From assembly GCA_963662275.1 (NCBI GenBank), contig OY759316.1, forward strand, positions 3,584,001 to 3,648,000: a DNA stretch of 64,000 nt. The letters run 5' to 3'. This DNA comes from Candidatus Cloacimonadales bacterium. GTDB taxonomy: Bacteria > Cloacimonadota > Cloacimonadia > Cloacimonadales > DAONDQ01. A program made the translations under genes and the position numbers. The notes beneath the pieces are model-generated. The model saw only the letters and a list, made by a program, of their open reading frames with translations. It made no database searches and was not told the origin of the DNA. This document shows, in pieces, positions 1 through 9,951 of this stretch. Within the stretch, counting starts at the first letter, position 1; each line of letters begins with the position of its first letter.

Positions 1-2
1 AT

Positions 3-659
3 GGCATCGGCAAGGGTTTCCTGACCAATCTTCTCATGCCATCCTCCGGTTCTGAACTGAGAACAGAAGATCGTTGATGAGTGCTGATGCCTCGCTTCGA
101 TAATCTCCAAAAGATCTCTTGCCTCTTGTTCTCTGAGTGGTGTCAGCAGCCATTCATCAAGTATCAGCAGTTTGATCTGCTTGTATTGTTTTATGACTTT
201 CTTAAAAATACCTTCACCTCTGGCAACTGCCAGGTCATCCAGCAATTCGGGAAGTCGTATATATCTGACAGGATAATAGTTCCGGCAGGCTGCTATCCCG
301 AAAGCACAACCCAGCCAGGATTTCCCGTTTCCTGATGCTCCCATAATGATTATATTCCGATTTTCGCTGATGTAACTGCAGGTTGATAAACGGATAATCT
401 CAGATCGATCCAGCTTTCTGTCATCATGATATTCTACGTCTTCAATACTTGCCTGGCTGAACTTCAAGTTTGCCTTCTTAATTAGCCTCTGCAGTCTGTT
501 ATTTTTGCGTCTGGCCCATTCAGCATCTACGAGCAGACTGAAGCGTTCTTCGAAAAGCAAATCCTTAAATGCACCATCATGTAATTGCTGGCAGAAAGTA
601 TCAGCCATAGCACTCAAATGCATCTCGTGAAGCTTATTGACTGTTGATTGGCTGATCAT
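3..659 (-). CDS. istB: IS21 helper ATPase IstB (C-terminus runs off window)
   Basis: Manual translation from ATG at 659: MISQSTVNKLHEMHLSAMADTF...; Walker A GASGNGKS; overlaps istA stop. Confidence 0.9.
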   Translation of the reverse strand, partial: MISQSTVNKLHEMHLSAMADTFCQQLHDGAFKDLLFEERFSLLVDAEWARRKNNRLQRLIKKANLKFSQASIEDVEYHDDRKLDRSEIIRLSTCSYISENRNIIIMGASGNGKSWLGCAFGIAACRNYYPVRYIRLPELLDDLAVARGEGIFKKVIKQYKQIKLLILDEWLLTPLREQEARDLLEIIEARHQHSSTIFCSQFRTGGWHEKIGQETLADA

Positions 660-2200
660 TTATTTTTCCTCCCGTAGTAGTCTGCACCTCTGGTAATACC
701 AAAATCAGAAGCAGGATCATTCTTTGCAGTCTCTGCCGCATTATTGATCTTATCAAAACCCGTCTTGAGTATGGTTTGGATATTTTTATAACCGGGATTG
801 GGTGTATAAGATAATGCCCTTTGACATGCACTTTCGAGCCTCTGCACAGAATACCTGTCAGCTGATTTCAGAAGTGCCATACAGGAACGGTATCCCTGCT
901 GTTCAACACGATAGGATGCCAGAATAGACTTAATTACGATCATCGTATGTTCCCCTATTTCCTTTGCCCAGGAGATAAACCTCTCTGCATTCCATTCCTG
1001 ATATTTCTGATGCTGTTCAGGCATATGTTCAGGGAGTGTCTGATACTGACCGGGATGACCAAATTTCCTGACATGGGAAGCGATTCTGTTGGAGTTATAG
1101 AAAACCTCGACAACTCTGCTTGTGATGCGTACATCCACATAGTATTTTATGTATTCATAAGGAACCGAATAGTACATCTTATCCACGCTTATATGATAAT
1201 TGAACTGTACTGTTGCCTTTGACCAGGCAGCAAGCTCATATGGCGACAATGACAATGGAATAAGCATGGGCTGTTCTTCTGCCTGAAAGACACTTTCTCT
1301 GCTTCCTTCTTTCTTTTGAAAGGGCTTGGTATTGAACTCTCCCAGTTTTTCCCTGATTGACATATTGAGTTCATGAAGCGAAAAGAATGTCTGGTTTCGC
1401 AAGGCAGCAATGATCCAGGTTGAGATGACTCCAACTGTGCCTTCTGCACTGGGCTTATCCTTTGGTCTTCTAACTCTGGCAGGTATTACCGCAGTATCGT
1501 AATAAGCAGACATTTCTCCATAGGTTCTGTTGATAACGGGAGTATACCACGACACATGGTCAACTCCCGTCTTAAGATTATCAGGAACAAGTATTTTAGT
1601 AACTCCATTAAAGTACTTGAAGCTATTTATATGAGCCTGAATCCAGCTTTCCATATTCATGGAAAGAAAGGCTTCCACATAGGAATAACCACTGTACGGG
1701 AGGGTTGCTACAAAAACATAGGCTTTGATCGGTTCACCGGTAATGTTGTTTTTGATGGCGGCAGTCTGTCCAGCCCAGTCCACTTCCAGCTTTTCTCCTG
1801 GTTTGTGTTTTATTCGCATGGTTGCTTTTGTCTTTTGTGAGTAATCATGGTAATGTTTGCAAAATTGCGTATACTTGTAGGGAATAGCCTGATTATTCCT
1901 GCATCCCTCAGAGTATTCATGCCAGAGTAGCGACAGTGTTACACCACTCTTGGCAAGTTCCTTGTGTATGTGTTCATAATCAGGCATCTTCTGCGGGTTT
2001 GACGATAAGTAAGCCGGAAAGAGCTGCTCTTCGATCATCTCATTTGTTAATGTATCAGGAAGCGGCCATTCAAGGCTCTGGTCTGTTGCCCTTTGAATGA
2101 TCATCGACACGTTATTGCGGGAACAGGATAAACTCGCCGCTATGCCTCGTCTGCTTATTCCCTGGCTGTGTAAGCGAAGGATCTCTCGGTAATTGGTCAT
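656..2200 (-). CDS. istA: IS21-family transposase IstA
   Basis: N-terminal HTH; HKPGEKLEVDWAG, LVPDNLKTGV, PKDKPSAEG motifs; GGAGG RBS before ATG 2200. Confidence 0.95.
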   Translation of the reverse strand: MTNYREILRLHSQGISRRGIAASLSCSRNNVSMIIQRATDQSLEWPLPDTLTNEMIEEQLFPAYLSSNPQKMPDYEHIHKELAKSGVTLSLLWHEYSEGCRNNQAIPYKYTQFCKHYHDYSQKTKATMRIKHKPGEKLEVDWAGQTAAIKNNITGEPIKAYVFVATLPYSGYSYVEAFLSMNMESWIQAHINSFKYFNGVTKILVPDNLKTGVDHVSWYTPVINRTYGEMSAYYDTAVIPARVRRPKDKPSAEGTVGVISTWIIAALRNQTFFSLHELNMSIREKLGEFNTKPFQKKEGSRESVFQAEEQPMLIPLSLSPYELAAWSKATVQFNYHISVDKMYYSVPYEYIKYYVDVRITSRVVEVFYNSNRIASHVRKFGHPGQYQTLPEHMPEQHQKYQEWNAERFISWAKEIGEHTMIVIKSILASYRVEQQGYRSCMALLKSADRYSVQRLESACQRALSYTPNPGYKNIQTILKTGFDKINNAAETAKNDPASDFGITRGADYYGRKNK

Positions 2201-2347
2201 TGCATTGACCTCCATGAATTGATTTACACTGATACAGTGCATTAATTCATGTTGGTTTTTTCTTTCAAAATAGCAAGGTGGCTCTATTTTAGCGAAGACG
2301 TGGCTCTAAAACTCCGTACAAGTGGCTCTCATTTAGAATATTATTCA

Positions 2348-2623
2348 TTCTCTAAGCAACTCGCTACGTTTTCTGTCATAACTCTCTTTCTCTCCGTGGC
2401 TATCTCCATCAATTTCGATAGCAACCTTGAGTTTAGAGCAGTAAAAATCTACTATAAATGATGAAATTGGTTTTTGTTTTGTCCATTTATATCGGATTAG
2501 CTCCCTGTTAGATAAAATATTCGTCCACATCTTAATTTAAGCCGGATTACCCGCTTTACGGTTTTCTCTTGCATATTGTTTCAAGATAGGATCATAAGGA
2601 AATATTCTTTCTTTATTATGCAT
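2348..2623 (-). pseudogene. DUF559 endonuclease copy 1 (nonsense at codon 29; truncated by IS21)
   Basis: Near-identical to 2817..3218; TAA at 2537-2539; homology ends at IS end. Confidence 0.9.
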
Positions 2624-2659
2624 TTACCCTCCAATATTAGGTTGCAATGTATCTTTTCG

Positions 2660-2812
2660 ACCCCCCTACCCCCCTTCTCAAGGGGGGATATTTTTTGCTC
2701 CCACCTGGGAAGGATGTTTAATCAATCCCCCCTTGAGAAGAAGGATATTTTTTACTCCCACCTGATACGATGTTTAATCAATCCCCCCTTGGGAAGGGGG
2801 GTAGGGGGGTCT
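2660..2812. repeat. C/G-rich palindromic REP-like pair (CCCCCCTACCCCCCTTCTCAAGGGGGG ... CCCCCCTTGGGAAGGGGGGTAGGGGGG)
   Basis: Inverted pair of palindromes between DUF559 copies; recurs at 3255-3388, 3832-4095, 31021-31049, 63522-63548. Confidence 0.85.
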
Positions 2813-2816
2813 TTTT

Positions 2817-3218
2817 TCAGAACAGTGTCTCCAATCCCAGACTCTTTTCCCGTGCAATTAACTTTTCTTGTAAATCTTCGAAAATACCACCTATGTTCTC
2901 CAAAACATCATGATGTGCATATCTAATCACTATTATCCCGAATTCTCTAAGCAACTCGCTACGTTTTCTGTCATAACTCTCTTTCTCTCCGTGACTATCA
3001 CCATCAATTTCGATAGCAACCTTGAGTTTAGAGCAGTAAAAATCTACTATAAATGATGAAATTGGCTTTTGTTTTGTCCATTTATATCGGATTAGCTCCC
3101 TGTTAGATAAAATATTCGTCCACATTTTAATTTCAGCCGGATTACCCGCTTTACGGTTTTCTCTTGCATATTGTTTCAAGATAGGATCATAAGGAAATAT
3201 TCTTTCTTTATTATGCAT
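2817..3218 (-). CDS. DUF559 / Vsr-like endonuclease domain protein (intact copy 2)
   Basis: ARENRK..AEIKMW, QKPISSFIVDFYC..KVAIEIDGDSH..D..R motifs. Confidence 0.9.
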   Translation of the reverse strand: MHNKERIFPYDPILKQYARENRKAGNPAEIKMWTNILSNRELIRYKWTKQKPISSFIVDFYCSKLKVAIEIDGDSHGEKESYDRKRSELLREFGIIVIRYAHHDVLENIGGIFEDLQEKLIAREKSLGLETLF

Positions 3219-3393
3219 TTACCCTCCAATATTAGGTGCAAAGTATCTTTTCGACCCCCCTACCCCCCTTCTCAAGGGGGGATATTTTGCCGAAAAGGAT
3301 GTTTGATCAATCCCCGCTGTTAGCGTGATATAGAATGTACCACCTTGGGAATGATCAATCCCCCCTTGGGAAGGGGGGTAGGGGGGTCTTCTT

Positions 3394-3795
3394 TCAGAAC
3401 TGTGTCTCCAATCCCAGACTCTTTTCCCGTTCAATTAACTTTTCTTGTAAATCTTCGAAAATACCACCTATATTCTCCAAAACATCATGATGTGCATATC
3501 TAATCACTATTATCCCGAATTCTCTAAGCAACTCGCTACGTTTTCTGTCATAACTCTCTTTCTCTCCGTGGCTATCTCCATCAATTTCGATAGCAACCTT
3601 GAGTTTAGAGCAGTAAAAATCTACTATAAATGATGAAATTGTTTTTTGTTTTGTCCATTTATATCGGATTAGCTCCCTGTTAGATAAAATATTCGTCCAC
3701 ATCTTAATTTAAGCCGGATTACCCGCTTTACGGTTTTCTCTTGCATATTGTTTCAAGATAGGATCATAAGGAAATATTCTTTCTTTATTATGCAT
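3394..3795 (-). pseudogene. DUF559 endonuclease copy 3 (nonsense at codon 29)
   Basis: Full-length homology to copy 2 but TAA at 3709-3711 instead of GAA. Confidence 0.9.
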
Positions 3796-3831
3796 TTACC
3801 CTCCAATATTAGGTTGCAATGTATCTTTTCG

Positions 3832-4095
3832 ACCCCCCTACCCCCCTTCTCAAGGGGGGATATTTTTTTACTCACACCTGATACGATGTTTAATCAATCC
3901 CCCCTTGAGAAGAAGGATATTTTTTACTCCCACCTGCTACGATGTTTAATCAATCCCCCCTTGAGAAGAAGGATATTTTTTACTCCCACCTGATACGATG
4001 TTTAATCAATCCCCCCTTGAGAAGAAGGATATTTTTTACTCCCACCTGATACGATGTTTAATCAATCCCCCCTTGAGAAGGGGGGTAGGGGGGTC
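3832..4095. repeat. REP pair with internal ~57-bp tandem expansion (about 4 units)
   Basis: Repeated CACCTGATACGATGTTTAATCAATCCCCCCTTGAGAAGAAGGATATTTTTTACTCC. Confidence 0.85.
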
Positions 4096-4113
4096 AAATT
4101 CTGAATTTCGTAA

Positions 4114-5535
4114 CTACCCTCTATATTCTGAAGGATCGATCAAATAGTGAGAGAATTTCAGATACAGGTTCTGCCTGGGTATCTTTGATTGATCTGCGGC
4201 AAGAGAAATATTTCCATGGCAGCTCTTAAGAAGCTCTACCAGATATTCTTTTTCAAAGGATTGCTTAGCTTCCGGATAAGGTAACTGTGTTAAACGATTT
4301 AAAGACATTTCCTGTTCTTCAGCAAATATGTAGTCTGGTAAATCCTCTGGCACAAGAGCTGAATGTTCTGCCAGGATTACTGCATGTTCCAGGGTATTTC
4401 GCAACTCACGAATATTTCCTTCCCATTTTCTGGAATCGAGTATAGATAATACAGGTTTTGAGATGGTTAGCTGCTTCCCGTATTTCTGGCTGAATTCCTT
4501 CACAAATTCATGAGAAAGCAGTTTTATGTCTTCATGTCTTTCCCTGAGTGAAGGAATATGAATATTTATGATATTCAATCGATAATATAAGTCTTCCCGG
4601 AAATTACCATTGACGACTTCCTGTTTGATATCCTTGTTCGTAGCTGTAATGACACGTACATCAACATGAAAGTCCCTGTCTCCACCAACTTGACGAATCG
4701 CTCCCTTTTCCAGGGCTTTTAATAATTTGACTTGGAATGCCAAGCTTGTTTCCGTTATTTCATCCAGGAATAATGTGCCTCCGTTAGCTTCCATGAAGTA
4801 GCCCATTTTATCACGAACAGCATCTGTAAATGCACCTTTTTTATGACCAAAGAGCAAACTCTCTAGAAGTGTTTCTGATAAACTCCCACAATTGACTGCT
4901 ACAAATACTTGTTCCTTACGTTTACTATTCTGATGAATGAGTTCAGCAAATAATCCTTTGCCAACACCAGTTTCACCGGATATGAGAACGGTTGTATCTA
5001 AAGGAGCTATCTTCTGGACTTTATTAATGACAGATTGAATAGACAAGCTTGTCCCAATCACTCGTTGACCATCAAAGTTATCCTGCAGTAATCGATTTAA
5101 GCGGTCATTTTCCTCGACCAGCCATTGTGTTTTTAATATCTTCTTTACCATGAGATTGATCAATTCCAAGTTGCGAACAGGCTTCAAGATAAATTCATCT
5201 GCACCTAATTTCATGGCTTGAACTGCTGTTTCAATTGTAGCATGACCAGATATGACAATGACAGAGATGAAAGGCCATTGCATCTTGATCTGCTGAATCA
5301 GTTCCAAACCATTTTCACCGGGTAAAACCAAATCTGTCATGGCAATATGGAATCTTCTCAACTCTAGTTGCCTGAGTGCTTCCACGACTGTTAAAGCAGT
5401 AACTACTTCATAATCCTGGTACAACTGCATACTGAATAATTCCAAGGCATTCGGATCATCATCAACGATGAGAATCCTCGGTCTTACTTTATTGTTTTGG
5501 ATAACAGGTGTTGGTGATTCCTGGTTTTTTTTCAT
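4114..5535 (-). CDS. Sigma-54-dependent NtrC/AtoC-type response regulator
   Basis: Receiver (ILIVDDD), AAA+ (GETGVGK, GAFTDA, TLFLDEI, FREDLYYRL), Fis HTH. Confidence 0.95.
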   Translation of the reverse strand: MKKNQESPTPVIQNNKVRPRILIVDDDPNALELFSMQLYQDYEVVTALTVVEALRQLELRRFHIAMTDLVLPGENGLELIQQIKMQWPFISVIVISGHATIETAVQAMKLGADEFILKPVRNLELINLMVKKILKTQWLVEENDRLNRLLQDNFDGQRVIGTSLSIQSVINKVQKIAPLDTTVLISGETGVGKGLFAELIHQNSKRKEQVFVAVNCGSLSETLLESLLFGHKKGAFTDAVRDKMGYFMEANGGTLFLDEITETSLAFQVKLLKALEKGAIRQVGGDRDFHVDVRVITATNKDIKQEVVNGNFREDLYYRLNIINIHIPSLRERHEDIKLLSHEFVKEFSQKYGKQLTISKPVLSILDSRKWEGNIRELRNTLEHAVILAEHSALVPEDLPDYIFAEEQEMSLNRLTQLPYPEAKQSFEKEYLVELLKSCHGNISLAADQSKIPRQNLYLKFSHYLIDPSEYRG

Positions 5536-6629
5536 GATGCATCCTCCACAGGCAACTTAATAGTAACTGTTGTACCGACCAGCGGTTCTGAGATGACGAC
5601 AATATTTCCATGGCAATCGTGGATTACCTGCTTCGTAAAAGATAATCCTAATCCCAGGTGTTCACTTTGATCATCTTTCCTGGTTGAAAACCCCATTTGA
5701 TAAATAAAAGGCATATCTTTCGGGAGAATTCCTGATCCAGTATCTCTAATTATAATCTGAAGATATCCTTTTTCCATCTTTGTTTCAATATATATGTTTT
5801 TCTCTTCCTGGTCACATAAAGATTCAATAGCGTTCCAGAGAACTGCGTCAAGGCAGTAACTCAGATCACCATGAACCATTTTTATTTCCGGCAAGTGCTC
5901 AGATAATTCTAGCTGAACATTCACATTATGCTTGAAGAAGAGATTACTTTTTGCGATCTCCAGTTCATTCAGAATCACTGAATTCACATTAATCTGCTGA
6001 ATAAATTGTGATCTATTTGCTTCAATTTTATCAGATACACTTTTTAAAGATGCATCTATCTGAAAGCCTGATTCATAAATTTTCTTTAGCGCATTACTTT
6101 GAGGACTTTCACGCATCAGGATCTGGACATAACCGATGATCGTGTTTAACGGTGTGTTAATATTGTGAATCAATCCTTCGAGACGCTTCTCCAATATATG
6201 ATTCTGCTGGTTCTTGACTAACTGGAATTGAACGTGATTACACCATTCCTCATTCCGTATTTCTAAGGTTTGATTAGAAATTATACCTAATCCAATTGTT
6301 TTATTATTCTTCTGGATTTTAGTCAGTTTAAGATAAAAGGAAGTATCTGTACCTGGCAAAGTAAAAGCCATTGTCACAATTTGATTCATTTTCATATCAG
6401 GTCGATAATCAATCAATTCCAAGAGCTTAAAAATATCCTGCTTATGCAATTGCTCATGCGTACTAATTCCTAATAATTGCAGAAAACAGGAGTTCCAGCG
6501 AATAAGTTTCCAAGACTCATCAGTAATGAAGACACCGTCAGAAAAAACATCAATCCAGTTAAAATCCTGGATCTCCAACGATTCTATCATATCCTTTTCA
6601 GCAACTGATGGTTCATTTTTTGATATCAT
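5532..6629 (-). CDS. Sensor histidine kinase (PAS-like + HisKA/HATPase)
   Basis: HNINTPL H-box, WNAIES, DTGSGI, GLGLS; overlaps regulator by ATGA. Confidence 0.9.
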   Translation of the reverse strand: MISKNEPSVAEKDMIESLEIQDFNWIDVFSDGVFITDESWKLIRWNSCFLQLLGISTHEQLHKQDIFKLLELIDYRPDMKMNQIVTMAFTLPGTDTSFYLKLTKIQKNNKTIGLGIISNQTLEIRNEEWCNHVQFQLVKNQQNHILEKRLEGLIHNINTPLNTIIGYVQILMRESPQSNALKKIYESGFQIDASLKSVSDKIEANRSQFIQQINVNSVILNELEIAKSNLFFKHNVNVQLELSEHLPEIKMVHGDLSYCLDAVLWNAIESLCDQEEKNIYIETKMEKGYLQIIIRDTGSGILPKDMPFIYQMGFSTRKDDQSEHLGLGLSFTKQVIHDCHGNIVVISEPLVGTTVTIKLPVEDAS

Positions 6630-7835
6630 CTAAACGCAAATTCCTTTCATTTTGATATACTCACTTAAACCCATACGGAATATCTGCATCGCTTTCCGTA
6701 AATCTTCTTCATTGAGAATATACGCTATTCTTAGCTCATTTTTGCCCAACCCCGGTGTGGAATAAAATCCTTCCGCAGGGGCAGTCATGACCGTCTCATT
6801 ATCTACAGAATAATTCTTCAGCATCCAGATGATGAAATCCTCAGCATCTGTTATTGGCAGTTTAGCTATAATATAAAATGCTCCCCTGGGTTTCACACAA
6901 ATTATTCCAGGAATTAACTGAAGCTCTCCATATACAAGATCACGCCTCGACCGATAAGCTTCAATGATCTTTCGAAAATAATCTTCCCCTAATACAATAC
7001 AGGCTGTGGCAGCCATTTGATCAAGAGTAGGCGGACAGAGTCTTGCCTGGGCAAATTTTAACGTGGCAGCCATGAGAGATTTATTCCTGGAAATGATACA
7101 GCCAATACGTGCACCACAAGCACTATAGCGTTTTGAAATACTATCAACCATAATGGCTAGATCATCCATGCCGGGGATGGATAGAATACTCGTATGCCTG
7201 GCTCCATCATAAACAAATTCACGGTACACTTCATCAGATATGACATACAAATTATGTTTCTTTGCTATAGCAGCAACCATTTCCATCCCAACTTGATCAT
7301 ATACGGTTCCGGTGGGATTACCCGGGTTGCATAACATGATCGCCTTGGTCCTGGTATTAATCAAAGCTTCAAATCTATCTGCTGAAGGAAGGGCAAATCC
7401 GGTCTCTGCATAGGTCGTCAAAGGAACAAGTTTTACACCTGTCATAGATGCAAATCCATTATAATTTGTATAAAATGGTTCGGGGATAATCACTTCATCA
7501 CCAGGGTTGCAGGTTACAAGCAAAGCAAATACAATCGCTTCTGAACCTGCGGTAGTAACAATAATGTCCTCAATGGAAATGGCAATATTGTTCTTTTGAT
7601 AATAATGAACAAGGCTTTGGCGATATCTGTCTAAGCCTTGGGAAGGACCATACTCCAGTACTTTTTCATCATAATTATGATAAACTTCAAGCATCTCTTT
7701 CGGAGTTGGAATGTCCGGTTGCCCGATATTCAGATGATAGACTTTAATCCCATTTTTCTTCGCTTCATTTGCATAAGGCATCAGTTTTCGAATTGGTGAT
7801 GCCTGAACTTCCTCGGCACGTTTGGAGATATGCAT
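6630..7835 (-). CDS. PLP-dependent class I/II aminotransferase (aspartate aminotransferase-like)
   Basis: LNIGQPD, NPGNPTG, SDEVY, SISKRYSACGARIG. Confidence 0.92.
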   Translation of the reverse strand: MHISKRAEEVQASPIRKLMPYANEAKKNGIKVYHLNIGQPDIPTPKEMLEVYHNYDEKVLEYGPSQGLDRYRQSLVHYYQKNNIAISIEDIIVTTAGSEAIVFALLVTCNPGDEVIIPEPFYTNYNGFASMTGVKLVPLTTYAETGFALPSADRFEALINTRTKAIMLCNPGNPTGTVYDQVGMEMVAAIAKKHNLYVISDEVYREFVYDGARHTSILSIPGMDDLAIMVDSISKRYSACGARIGCIISRNKSLMAATLKFAQARLCPPTLDQMAATACIVLGEDYFRKIIEAYRSRRDLVYGELQLIPGIICVKPRGAFYIIAKLPITDAEDFIIWMLKNYSVDNETVMTAPAEGFYSTPGLGKNELRIAYILNEEDLRKAMQIFRMGLSEYIKMKGICV

Positions 7836-8042
7836 TTTTCACCTCATACTTCATTTTTAATTTGTCATATTAAAAGGACAAATAGCTAATAAAGAAAATG
7901 ATGTCAATCTTTATCTTAACAATATATAAAGAGTTAGGAACATACTATGCTTTTCTTACCGTGTGACATACAGATGAGACATGTAGATGATATTATCTCA
8001 TAGAGGAATAACTGTAAAATACAACCTTTAAATTGGGAATTG

Positions 8043-8146
8043 GCAGAACAAACACCTAGCACCTAGCACCTAACACCTAGAACCTAACACCTAAAACCTA
8101 ACACCTAGAACCTAACACCTAGCACCTAGAACCTAGCACCTTCTGC
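8043..8146. repeat. Heptamer tandem array (ACCTAGC/ACCTAAC/ACCTAGA) bounded by GCAGAA...TTCTGC
   Basis: About 12 heptamers; overlaps 3' end of DUF374 gene. Confidence 0.9.
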
Positions 8147-8757
8147 AAAACACTTCCCGGCAGTCTTTTTAACTCATCCTGTATCTTTAATAGTGCAGCA
8201 GGTATCTCATCTTTGTTTTGAATATAAGTAGGTTCTCCATAATAGAGTTCAATTGTCGAAAATGGCTTGGGAATGCGGAACTTATCCCAGGAATTCACAA
8301 TCCATTCCCTGCTGATATGAACACCAATGGGAATAATGGGAGAACCGGATAGCAAAGCAAGATAAAGTACCCCATCGCTCATTTGTTCTGCAGGTCCTTT
8401 GGGTCCGTCAGGAGTGATTGCTACTACATGATTTTTAGCTAATTTCAGCATCTCTCGAAATGCTTGGCTTCCCCCTCTCGTGGAAGAACCGCGAGCAGTT
8501 GTATAGCCCAGCACTTGAGCTGGTCCAGCCACCAATTGACCATCTTTTGAGGAGGAAATCATCACCACACCATTTGTATAACGATGCTGAATCAGGAGAG
8601 GAAGTAAATTCCGATGCCAGAATACATAGATCACCGGTTGTGTTGTTGCACGGTTCTGTTTGATTTTGAAGTGTATGGTCAAATTCAATAGGAGAAGCAG
8701 CCAGGCTCCTAAGTATTTTTCTAATCTCAATCCAATGTACTCTAGGGTTTTGTACAT
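8119..8757 (-). CDS. DUF374 lysophospholipid acyltransferase family protein (LpxJ-like)
   Basis: FWH, SSSKDG, RGSSTRGG, ITPDGPKGP, SWDKFRIPKPFS; directly downstream of lpxB. Confidence 0.88.
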   Translation of the reverse strand: MYKTLEYIGLRLEKYLGAWLLLLLNLTIHFKIKQNRATTQPVIYVFWHRNLLPLLIQHRYTNGVVMISSSKDGQLVAGPAQVLGYTTARGSSTRGGSQAFREMLKLAKNHVVAITPDGPKGPAEQMSDGVLYLALLSGSPIIPIGVHISREWIVNSWDKFRIPKPFSTIELYYGEPTYIQNKDEIPAALLKIQDELKRLPGSVLQKVLGSRC

Positions 8758-9878
8758 ATCAACTGTTCAATCAGGTCTGCTGTATTTTTGGAAGCGGAGC
8801 GATTTCCCAACAAATCATGAATTTCAATCAAAGCCGAAGCAAATTCAGTATAGCGCTTATGGTTCCCGAGGATTTTATCTATGTTCATGCGGATATTTTG
8901 CGGATTAGCATCATCCTGGATCAATTCGGGTGCAAGATCACGATCAAGAATGATATTCGGTAAACCGATGCGCTTGATCTTTACAAAACGTTTTCCTAAT
9001 TCATAGGACATCTGCTGCGCTATATAAACGATAAGAAAGGGAGTTCCAATATAAGCTGCCTCAAGAGTCGCTGTTCCGGAAGTGATGCAGAGAAAATCGG
9101 AATGTTTCATCATGGAATATGTATCACTTTTAATAATATGCGGTTTCACCGAAGATGAGGATAAAAGGATTTGGCTGAAAATTGCATCTGGTACTGTGGT
9201 TGCCTGTGAAATAAGAAATTCATATTGATTTGAAGAATAGAGGGCAATTGTTTTCATGAAAACAGGTAAAAGCCGTTTCACTTCATTAATGCGGCTTCCA
9301 GGGAAAAAGCCCAGCCATCTTTTTTCTGGATCAAGATGATGCATTCGAGCGAAATCTTCTTTCGTCTGTGAAATTTGTATCTCTTCAGCAATCGGATGTC
9401 CTACATAAGAGCAAACAACACTTGCATTTTCCAATAAAGGAATTTCGAAAGGAAGGATACAGGCAACGTGCCTGGTATATAAACGCAATTGCTCTACACG
9501 ATGAGCTTTCCACGCCCAGAATTGAGGACTGATATAATAGAGAACATGGATGCCAAAGAGTGTTGCCATTTTGGCAATTCGCATATTGAAACCAGGATAA
9601 TCCACTAAAACAACTAAACTGGGAGGATCAGTATGAAACCATTTTTCTATTTGCTTTTCCATCTCCAGGAAAAACTTCAGATGCTTGGCAACTTCCACGA
9701 AACCCATCACAGCAAACCGATCAAAGGGAACCAGGGCTTTAAAACCCGCTTCCTCCATACGAGCACCACCAATACCAAAATGTTCAACATCAGGATGCCG
9801 AAGATTCATCTCACGAATGATCTGTGAAGCATGTAAATCCCCGGAATTCTCACCGGCTATCCAGAATATACGTTTCAT
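8742..9878 (-). CDS. lpxB: Lipid-A-disaccharide synthase
   Basis: AGENSGDLH, VDYPGFN, YYISPQFWAW, FPGSR, SGTATLE, LPNII. Confidence 0.96.
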   Translation of the reverse strand: MKRIFWIAGENSGDLHASQIIREMNLRHPDVEHFGIGGARMEEAGFKALVPFDRFAVMGFVEVAKHLKFFLEMEKQIEKWFHTDPPSLVVLVDYPGFNMRIAKMATLFGIHVLYYISPQFWAWKAHRVEQLRLYTRHVACILPFEIPLLENASVVCSYVGHPIAEEIQISQTKEDFARMHHLDPEKRWLGFFPGSRINEVKRLLPVFMKTIALYSSNQYEFLISQATTVPDAIFSQILLSSSSVKPHIIKSDTYSMMKHSDFLCITSGTATLEAAYIGTPFLIVYIAQQMSYELGKRFVKIKRIGLPNIILDRDLAPELIQDDANPQNIRMNIDKILGNHKRYTEFASALIEIHDLLGNRSASKNTADLIEQLICTKP

Positions 9879-9951
9879 ATTTCTCCTATGAAATTGATCT
9901 TGATTTCAAATTGGTTTGAAAGAAAATGCCGTCAAGAATTTCATTTTCCAT

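Larger units (their letters stand above)
1..2347 (-). mobile_element. IS21-family insertion sequence (one end at ~2347; other end outside window)
   Basis: istA/istB pair overlapping by ATGA; three GTGGCTCT subterminal repeats at ~2277-2330; terminal CA at 2346-2347 abuts a truncated DUF559 copy. Confidence 0.9.

Noticed and set aside
4820..4837. GAFTDA instead of GAFTGA in the sigma-54 activator
   Set aside because: Common natural variant; not evidence of novelty
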